Origin: Balanoglossus misakiensis
Lineage: Eukaryota; Animalia; Hemichordata
Assembly (NCBI GenBank): GCA_040954595.2
Contig: CM082582.2
Location: 12,669,777-12,733,776, forward strand
DNA length: 64,000 nt
Direction of reading: 5' to 3'
Every line of letters starts with the position of its first letter. The stretch's first letter is position 1. The notes beneath the pieces are model-generated. The model worked only from the letters and a program-made list of their open reading frames with translations, ran no database searches and had not been told where the DNA came from. Positions 53,801 through 64,000 of the stretch are shown here, in pieces. A program made the translations under genes and the position numbers.

Positions 53801-56800
53801 ATAACCCATGGTTTTTTCAAAAATCGACCAAATTTTGAAAATTCGCAAAGTCGAAAAATTCTCATTTTCTGACGATTTTCCTGAGCTATAACCCATGGTT
53901 TTTTCAAAAATCGACCAAATTTTGAAAATTCGCAAAGTCGAAAAATTCTCATTTTCTGACAATTTTCCTGAGCTATAACCCATGGTTTTTTCAAAAATCG
54001 ACCAAATTTTGAAAATTCGCAAAGTCGAAAAATTCTCATTTTCTGACGATTTTCCTGAGCTATAACCCATGGTTTTTTCAAAAATCGACCAAATTTTGAA
54101 AATTCGCAAAGTCGAAAAATCGTCGATTTTTGAACATTTTCCTGAGCTATAACCCATGGTTTTTTCAAAAAAGACCAAATTTTGAAAATTCGCAAAGTCG
54201 AAAAATCGTCGATTTTTGAACATTTTCCTGAGCTATAACCCATGGTTTTTTCAAAAAATGACCAAATTTTCAAAATTCGCAAAGTCGAAAAATCGTCGAT
54301 TTTTAAACATTTTCCTGAGCTATAACCCATGGTTTTTTCAAAAAATGACCAAATTTTGAAAATTCGCAAAGTCGAAAAATCGTCGATTTTTGAACATTTT
54401 CCTGAGCTATAACCCATGGTTTTTTCAAAAAATGACCAAATTTTGAAAATTCGCAAAGTCGAAAAATCGTCGATTTTTGAACATTTTCCTGAGCTATAAC
54501 CCATGGTTTTTTCAAAAAATGACCAAATTTTGAAAATTCGCAAAGTCGAAAAATCGTCGATTTTTGAACATTTTCCTGGGCTATAACCCATGGTTTTTTC
54601 AAAAAATGACCAAATTTTGAAAATTCGCAAAGTCGAAAAATCGTCGATTTTTGAACATTTTCCTGGGCTATAACCCATGGTTTTTTCAAAAAATGACCAA
54701 ATTTTGAAAATTCGCAAAGTCGAAAAATCGTCGATTTTTGAACATTTTCCTGGGCTATAACCCATGGTTTTTTCAAAAAATGACCAAATTTTGAAAATTC
54801 GCAAAGTCGAAAAATCGTCGATTTTTGAACATTTTCCTGAGCTATAACCCATGGTTTTTTCAAAAAATGACCAAATTTTCAAAATTCGCAAAGTCGAAAA
54901 ATCGTCGATTTTTGAACATTTTCCTGAGCTATAACCCATGGTTTTTTCAAAAAATGACCAAATTTTCAAAATTCGCAAAGTCGAAAAATCGTCGATTTTT
55001 GAACATTTTCCTGAGCTATAAACCCATGGTTTTTTCAAAAAATGACCAAATTTTGAAAATTCGCAAAGTCGAAAAATCGTCGATTTTTGAACATTTTCCT
55101 GAGCTATAACCCATGGTTTTTTCAAAAAATGACCAAATTTTGAAAATTCGCAAAGTCGAAAAATCGTCGATTTTTGAACATTTTCCTGAGCTATAACCCA
55201 TGGTTTTTTCAAAAAATGACCAAATTTTGAAAATTCGCAAAGTCGAAAAATCGTCGATTTTTGAACATTTTCCTGAGCTATAACCCATGGTTTTTTCAAA
55301 AAATGACCAAATTTTGAAAATTCGCAAAGTCGAAAAATCGTCGATTTTTGAACATTTTCCTGAGCTATAACCCATGGTTTTTTCAAAAAATGACCAAATT
55401 TTGAAAATTCGCAAAGTCGAAAAATCGTCGATTTTTGAACATTTTCCTGAGCTATAACCCATGGTTTTTTCAAAAAATGACCAAATTTTGAAAATTCGCA
55501 AAGTCGAAAAATCGTCGATTTTTGAACAATTTCCTGAGCTATAACCCATGGTTTTTTCAAAAAATGACCAAATTTTGAAAATTCGCAAAGTCGAAAAATC
55601 GTCGATTTTTGAACATTTTCCTGAGCTATAACCCATGGTTTTTTCAAAAAATGACCAAATTTTGAAAATTCGCAAAGTCGAAAAATCGTCGATTTTTGAA
55701 CATTTTCCTGAGCTATAACCCATGGTTTTTTCAAAAAATGACCAAATTTTGAAAATTCGCAAAGTCGAAAAATCGTCGATTTTTGAACATTTTCCTGAGC
55801 TATAACCCATGGTTTTTTCAAAAAATGACCAAATTTTGAAAATTCCCAAAGTCGAAAAATCGTCGATTTTTGAACATTTTCCTGAGCTATAACCCATGGT
55901 TTTTTCAAAAAATGACCAAATTTTGAAAATTCCCAAAGTCGAAAAATCGTCGATTTTTGAACATTTTCCTGAGCTATAACCCATGGTTTTTTCAAAAAAT
56001 GACCAAATTTTGAAAATTCGCAAAGTCGAAAAATCGTCGATTTTTGAACATTTTCCTGAGCTTTAACCCATGGTTTTTTCAAAAAATGACCAAATTTTGA
56101 AAATTCGCAAAGTCGAAAAATCGTCGATTTTTGAACATTTTCCTGGGCTATAACCCATGGTTTTTTCAAAAAATGACCAAATTTTGAAAATTCGCAAAGT
56201 CGAAAAATCGTCGATTTTTGAACATTTTCCTGGGCTATAACCCATGGTTTTTTCAAAAAATGACCAAATTTTGAAAATTCGCAAAGTCGAAAAATCGTCG
56301 ATTTTTGAACATTTTCCTGAGCTATAACCCATGGTTTTTTCAAAAATGACCAAATTTTGAAAATTCGCAAAGTCGAAAAATCGTCGATTTTTGAACATTT
56401 TCCTGAGCTATAACCCATGGTTTTTTCAAAAAATGACCAAATTTTGAAAATTCGCAAGGACGAAAAATCGTCGATTTTTGAACATTTTCCTGAGCTATAA
56501 CCCATGGTTTTTTCAAAAAATGACCAAATTTTGAAAATTCGCAAAGTCGAAAAATCGTCGATTTTTGAACATTTTCCTGAGCTATAACCCATGGTTTTTT
56601 CAAAAAATGACCAAATTTTGAAAATTCGCAAAGTCGAAAAATCGTCGATTTTTGAACATTTTCCTGAGCTATAACCCATGGTTTTTTCAAAAAATGACCA
56701 AATTTTGAAAATTCGCAAAGTCGAAAAATCGTCGATTTTTGAACATTTTCCTGAGCTATAACCCATGGTTTTTTCAAAAAATGACCAAATTTTGAAAATT

Positions 56801-59800
56801 CCCAAAGTCGAAAAATCGTCGATTTTTGAACATTTTCCTGAGCTATAACCCATGGTTTTTTCAAAAAATGACCAAATTTTGAAAATTCGCAAAGTCGAAA
56901 AATCGTCGATTTTTGAACATTTTCCTGAGCTATAACCCATGGTTTTTTCAAAAAATGACCAAATTTTGAAAATTCGCAAAGTCGAAAAATCGTCGATTTT
57001 TGAACATTTTCCTGAGCTTTAACCCATGGTTTTTTCAAAAAATGACCAAATTTTGAAAATTCGCAAAGTCGAAAAATCGTCGATTTTTGAACATTTTCCT
57101 GGGCTATAACCCATGGTTTTTTCAAAAAATGACCAAATTTTGAAAATTCGCAAAGTCGAAAAATCGTCGATTTTTGAACATTTTCCTGGGCTATAACCCA
57201 TGGTTTTTTCAAAAAATGACCAAATTTTGAAAATTCGCAAAGTCGAAAAATCGTCGATTTTTGAACATTTTCCTGAGCTATAACCCATGGTTTTTTCAAA
57301 AATGACCAAATTTTCAAAATTCGCAAAGTCGAAAAATCGTCGATTTTTGAACATTTTCCTGAGCTATAACCCATGGTTTTTTCAAAAAATGACCAAATTT
57401 TGAAAATTCGCAAGGACGAAAAATCGTCGATTTTTGAACATTTTCCTGAGCTATAACCCATGGTTTTTTCAAAAAATGACCAAATTTTGAAAATTCGCAA
57501 AGTCGAAAAATCGTCGATTTTTGAACATTTTCCTGAGCTATAACCCATGGTTTTTTCAAAAAATGACCAAATTTTGAAAATTCGCAAAGTCGAAAAATCG
57601 TCGATTTTTGAACATTTTCCTGAGCTATAACCCATGGTTTTTTCAAAAAATGACCAAATTTTGAAAATTCGCAAAGTCGAAAAATCGTCGATTTTTGAAC
57701 ATTTTCCTGAGCTATAACCCATGGTTTTTTCAAAAAATGACCAAATTTTGAAAATTCCCAAAGTCGAAAAATCGTCGATTTTTGAACATTTTCCTGAGCT
57801 ATAACCCATGGTTTTTTCAAAAAATGACCAAATTTTGAAAATTCCCAAAGTCGAAAAATCGTCGATTTTTGAACATTTTCCTGAGCTATAACCCATGGTT
57901 TTTTCAAAAAATGACCAAATTTTGAAAATTCCCAAAGTCGAAAAATCGTCGATTTTTGAACATTTTCCTGAGCTATAACCCATGGTTTTTTCAAAAAATG
58001 ACCAAATTTTGAAAATTCGCAAAGTCGAAAAATCGTCGATTTTTGAACATTTTCCTGAGCTATAACCCATGGTTTTTTCAAAAAATGACCAAATTTTGAA
58101 AATTCGCAAAGTCGAAAAATCGTCGATTTTTGAACATTTTCCTGGGCTATAACCCATGGTTTTTTCAAAAAATGACCAAATTTTGAAAATTCGCAAAGTC
58201 GAAAAATCGTCGATTTTTGAACATTTTCCTGGGCTATAACCCATGGTTTTTTCAAAAAATGACCAAATTTTGAAAATTCGCAAAGTCGAAAAATCGTCGA
58301 TTTTTGAACATTTTCCTGGGCTATAACCCATGGTTTTTTCAAAAAATGACCAAATTTTCAAAATTCGCAAAGTCGAAAAATCGTCGATTTTTGAACATTT
58401 TCCTGAGCTATAACCCATGGTTTTTTCGAAAAATGACCAAATTTTGAAAATTCGCAAAGTCGAAAAATCGTCGATTTTTGAACATTTTCCTGAGCTATAA
58501 CCCATGGTTTTTTCAAAAAATGACCAAATTTTGAAAATTCGCAAAGTCGAAAAATCGTCGATTTTTGAACATTTTCCTGAGCTATAACCCATGGTTTTTT
58601 CAAAAAATGACCAAATTTTGAAAATTCGCAAAGTCGAAAAATCGTCGATTTTTGAACATTTTCCTGAGCTATAACCCATGGTTTTTTCAAAAAATGACCA
58701 AATTTTGAAAATTCGCAAAGTCGAAAAATCGTCGATTTTTGAACATTTTCCTGAGCTATAACCCATGGTTTTTTCAAAAAATGACCAAATTTTGAAAATT
58801 CGCAAAGTCGAAAAATCGTCGATTTTTGAACATTTTCCTGAGCTATAACCCATGGTTTTTTCAAAAAATGACCAAATTTTGAAAATTCGCAAAGTCGAAA
58901 AATCGTCGATTTTTGAACATTTTCCTGAGCTATAACCCATGGTTTTTTCAAAAAATGACCAAATTTTGAAAATTCCCAAAGTCGAAAAATCGTCGATTTT
59001 TGAACATTTTCCTGAGCTATAACCCATGGTTTTTTCAAAAAATGACCAAATTTTGAAAATTCGCAAAGTCGAAAAATCGTCGATTTTTGAACATTTTCCT
59101 GAGCTATAACCCATGGTTTTTTCAAAAAATGACCAAATTTTGAAAATTCGCAAAGTCGAAAAATCGTCGATTTTTGAACATTTTCCTGAGCTTTAACCCA
59201 TGGTTTTTTCAAAAAATGACCAAATTTTGAAAATTCGCAAAGTCGAAAAATCGTCGATTTTTGAACATTTTCCTGGGCTATAACCCATGGTTTTTTCAAA
59301 AAATGACCAAATTTTGAAAATTCGCAAAGTCGAAAAATCGTCGATTTTTGAACATTTTCCTGGGCTATAACCCATGGTTTTTTCAAAAAATGACCAAATT
59401 TTGAAAATTCGCAAAGTCGAAAAATCGTCGATTTTTGAACATTTTCCTGAGCTATAACCCATGGTTTTTTCAAAAAATGACCAAATTTTCAAAATTCGCA
59501 AAGTCGAAAAATCGTCGATTTTTGAACATTTTCCTGAGCTATAACCCATGGTTTTTTCAAAAAATGACCAAATTTTGAAAATTCGCAAGGACGAAAAATC
59601 GTCGATTTTTGAACATTTTCCTGAGCTATAACCCATGGTTTTTTCAAAAAATGACCAAATTTTGAAAATTCGCAAAGTCGAAAAATCGTCGATTTTTGAA
59701 CATTTTCCTGAGCTATAACCCATGGTTTTTTCAAAAAATGACCAAATTTTGAAAATTCGCAAAGTCGAAAAATCGTCGATTTTTGAACATTTTCCTGAGC

Positions 59801-62800
59801 TATAACCCATGGTTTTTTCAAAAAATGACCAAATTTTGAAAATTCGCAAAGTCGAAAAATCGTCGATTTTTGAACATTTTCCTGAGCTATAACCCATGGT
59901 TTTTTCAAAAAATGACCAAATTTTGAAAATTCGCAAAGTCGAAAAATCGTCGATTTTTGAACATTTTCCTGAGCTATAACCCATGGTTTTTTCAAAAAAT
60001 GACCAAATTTTGAAAATTCCCAAAGTCGAAAAATCGTCGATTTTTGAACATTTTCCTGAGCTATAACCCATGGTTTTTTCAAAAAATGACCAAATTTTGA
60101 AAATTCGCAAAGTCGAAAAATCGTCGATTTTTGAACATTTTCCTGAGCTATAACCCATGGTTTTTTCAAAAAATGACCAAATTTTGAAAATTCGCAAAGT
60201 CGAAAAATCGTCGATTTTTGAACATTTTCCTGAGCTATAACCCATGGTTTTTTCAAAAAATGACCAAATTTTGAAAATTCGCAAAGTCGAAAAATCGTCG
60301 ATTTTTGAACATTTTCCTGGGCTATAACCCATGGTTTTTTCAAAAAATGACCAAATTTTGAAAATTCGCAAAGTCGAAAAATCGTCGATTTTTGAACATT
60401 TTCCTGGGCTATAACCCATGGTTTTTTCAAAAAATGACCAAATTTTCAAAATTCGCAAAGTCGAAAAATCGTCGATTTTTGAACATTTTCCTGAGCTATA
60501 ACCCATGGTTTTTTCAAAAAATGACCAAATTTTCAAAATTCGCAAAGTCGAAAAATCGTCGATTTTTGAACATTTTCCTGAGCTATAACCCATGGTTTTT
60601 TCAAAAAATGACCAAATTTTGAAAATTCGCAAGGACGAAAAATCGTCGATTTTTGAACATTTTCCTGAGCTATAACCCATGGTTTTTTCAAAAAATGACC
60701 AAATTTTGAAAATTCGCAAAGTCGAAAAATCGTCGATTTTTGAACATTTTCCTGAGCTATAACCCATGGTTTTTTCAAAAAATGACCAAATTTTGAAAAT
60801 TCGCAAAGTCGAAAAATCGTCGATTTTTGAACATTTTCCTGAGCTATAACCCATGGTTTTTTCAAAAAATGACCAAATTTTGAAAATTCGCAAAGTCGAA
60901 AAATCGTCGATTTTTGAACATTTTCCTGAGCTATAACCCATGGTTTTTTCAAAAAATGACCAAATTTTGAAAATTCGCAAAGTCGAAAAATCGTCGATTT
61001 TTGAACATTTTCCTGAGCTATAACCCATGGTTTTTTCAAAAAATGACCAAATTTTGAAAATTCGCAAAGTCGAAAAATCGTCGATTTTTGAACATTTTCC
61101 TGAGCTATAACCCATGGTTTTTTCAAAAAATGACCAAATTTTGAAAATTCGCAAAGTCGAAAAATCGTCGATTTTTGAACATTTTCCTGGGCTATAACCC
61201 ATGGTTTTTTCAAAAAATGACCAAATTTTGAAAATTCGCAAAGTCGAAAAATCGTCGATTTTTGAACATTTTCCTGAGCTATAACCCATGGTTTTTTCAA
61301 AAAATGACCAAATTTTCAAAATTCGCAAAGTCGAAAAATCGTCGATTTTTGAACATTTTCCTGAGCTATAACCCATGGTTTTTTCAAAAAATGACCAAAT
61401 TTTGAAAATTCGCAAGGACGAAAAATCGTCGATTTTTGAACATTTTCCTGAGCTATAACCCATGGTTTTTTCAAAAAATGACCAAATTTTGAAAATTCGC
61501 AAAGTCGAAAAATCGTCGATTTTTGAACATTTTCCTGAGCTATAACCCATGGTTTTTTCAAAAAATGACCAAATTTTGAAAATTCGCAAAGCCGAAAAAT
61601 CGTCGATTTTTGAACATTTTCCTGAGCTATAACCCATGGTTTTTTCAAAAAATGACCAAATTTTGAAAATTCGCAAGAACGAAAAATCGTCGATTTTTGA
61701 ACATTTTCCTGAGCTATAACCCATGGTTTTTTCAAAAAATGACCAAATTTTGAAAATTCGCAAAGTCGAAAAATCGTCGATTTTTGAACATTTTCCTGAG
61801 CTATAACCCATGGTTTTTTCAAAAAATGACCAAATTTTGAAAATTCGCAAAGTCGAAAAATCGTCGATTTTTGAACATTTTCCTGAGCTATAACCCATGG
61901 TTTTTTCAAAAAATGACCAAATTTTGAAAATTCGCAAGGTCGAAAAATCGTCGATTTTTGAACATTTTCCAGAGCTATAACCCATGGTTTTTTCAAAAAA
62001 TGACCAAATTTTGAAAATTCGCAAAGTCGAAAAATCGTCGATTTTTGAACATTTTCCTGAGCTATAACCCATGGTTTTTTCAAAAAATGACCAAATTTTG
62101 AAAATTCGCAAAGTCGAAAAATCGTCGATTTTTGAACATTTTCCTGAGCTATAACCCATGGTTTTTTCAAAAAATGACCAAATTTTGAAAATTCGCAAAG
62201 TCGAAAAATCGTCGATTTTTGAACATTTTCCTGAGCTATAACCCATGGTTTTTTCAAAAAATGACCAAATTTTGAAAATTCGCAAAGTCGAAAAATCGTC
62301 GATTTTTGAACATTTTCGCGAATTTTCAAAATTTGGTCGATTTTTGAAAAAACCATGGGTTATAGCTCAGGAAAATCGTCAATTTGCGAATTTTCGAAAT
62401 TTGGTCGATTTTTGAAAAAAACATGGGTTATAGCTCAGGAAAATCGTCAGAAAATGAGAATTTTTCGACTTTGCGAATTTTCAAAATTTGGTCGATTTTT
62501 GAAAAAACCATGGGTTATAGCTCAGGAAAATCGTCAGAAAATGAGAATTTTTCGACTTTGCGAATTTTCAAAATTTGGTCGATTTTTGACAAAAACCATG
62601 GGTTATAGCTCAGGAAAATCGTCAGAAAATGAGAATTTTTCGACTTTGCGAATTTTCAAAATTTGGTCGATTTTTGAAAAAACCATGGGTTATAGCTCAG
62701 GAAAATCGTCAGAAAATGAGAATTTTTCGACTTTGCGAATTTTCAAAATTTGGTCGATTTTTGAAAAAACCATGGGTTATAGCTCAGGAAAATCGTCAGA

Positions 62801-64000
62801 AAATGAGAATTTTTCGACTTTGCGAATTTTCAAAATTTGGTCGATTTTTGAAAAAACCATGGGTTATAGCTCAGGAAAATCGTCAGAAAATGAGAATTTT
62901 TCGACTTTGCGAATTTTCAAAATTTGGTCGATTTTTGAAAAAACCATGGGTTATAGCTCAGGAAAATCGTCAGAAAATGAGAATTTTTCGACTTTGCGAA
63001 TTTTCAAAATTTGGTCGATTTTTGAAAAAACCATGGGTTATAGCTCAGGAAAATCGTCAGAAAATGAGAATTTTTCGACTTTGCGAATTTTCAAAATTTG
63101 GTCGATTTTTGAAAAAACCATGGGTTATAGCTCAGGAAAATCGTCAGAAAATGAGAATTTTTCGACTTTGCGAATTTTCAAAATTTGGTCGATTTTTGAA
63201 AAAACCATGGGTTATAGCTCAGGAAAATGTTCAAAAATCGACGATTTTTCGACTTTGCGAATTTTCAAAATTTGGTCATTTTTTGAAAAAACCATGGGTT
63301 ATAGCTCAGGAAAATGTTCAAAAATCGACGATTTTTCGACTTTGGGAATTTTCAAAATTTGGTCGATTTTTGAAAAAACCATGGGTTATAGCTCAGGAAA
63401 ATCGTCAGAAAATGAGAATTTTTCGACTTTGCGAATTTTCAAAATTTGGTCGATTTTTGAAAAAACCATGGGTTATAGCTCAGGAAAATCGTCAGAAAAT
63501 GAGAATTTTTCGACTTTGCGAATTTTCAAAATTTGGTCGATTTTTGAAAAAACCATGGGTTATAGCTCAGGAAAATCGTCAGAAAATGAGAATTTTTCGA
63601 CTTTGCGAATTTTCAAAATTTGGTCGATTTTTGAAAAAACCATGGGTTATAGCTCAGGAAAATCGTCAGAAAATGAGAATTTTTCGACTTTGCGAATTTT
63701 CAAAATTTGGTCGATTTTTGAAAAAACCATGGGTTATAGCTCAGGAAAATCGTCAGAAAATGAGAATTTTTCGACTTTGCGAATTTTCAAAATTTGGTCG
63801 ATTTTTGAAAAAACCATGGGTTATAGCTCAGGAAAATCGTCAGAAAATGAGAATTTTTCGACTTTGCGAATTTTCAAAATTTGGTCGATTTTTGAAAAAA
63901 CCATGGGTTATAGCTCAGGAAAATCGTCAGAAAATGAGAATTTTTCGACTTTGCGAATTTTCAAAATTTGGTCGATTTTTGAAAAAACCATGGGTTATAG
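50864..64000. repeat. 87-bp tandem satellite array, about 150 monomers, running off the window end
   Basis: Subtype A: gagctataacccatggttttttcaaaaatcgaccaaattttgaaaattcgcaaagtcgaaaaattctcattttctgacgattttcct. Subtype B carries ..aaaaaatgacc.. and ..aaaaatcgtcgatttttgaacattttcct. Degenerate copies 50864-51150; inverted block ~51248-62317; original orientation resumes at 62318. Confidence 0.99.

Noticed and set aside
51237-62608. Long ORFs (up to 1408 aa) of 29-aa repeats as real genes
   Set aside because: They follow from an 87-bp unit with stop-free frames; near-identity at DNA level, frame-switching indels and propagated stop variants argue against coding selection.
51150-64000. CRISPR array or telomeric repeat
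   Set aside because: No unique spacers, no cas genes, eukaryotic intron-containing context, and no short TTAGGG-type unit.

Overview
AT-rich, intron-rich animal genomic DNA; a marine invertebrate (possibly a deuterostome) is my inference, not something the sequence proves. I built six spliced genes by hand from GT-AG boundaries and frame continuity: (1) a ~2000-aa type I membrane protein (Reeler-like, 3xCUB, CTLD, CUB, CTLD, 3xCUB, EGF, TM, ~630-aa acidic tail; +, 5' exons unresolved); (2) an uncharacterised 414-aa protein with RPxSA motifs (-); (3) PDCD6/ALG-2 (+); (4) ANKS6 (+); (5) a TspO-like multi-TM protein (-); (6) the first two exons of a class II aldolase/adducin-family gene with a likely mitochondrial presequence (+). 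Introns hold several TTAA-flanked MITE-like elements. From ~50.9 kb to the window end is a >13 kb array of an 87-bp satellite starting inside intron 2 of the aldolase gene. It has a degenerate edge, two monomer subtypes, irregular higher-order structure and an ~11 kb inverted block with a fold-back junction. The long ORFs over the array are a by-product of the 87 = 3x29 period. I found no clearly new multi-gene system; the best candidates for novelty are the array architecture and the mosaic receptor.
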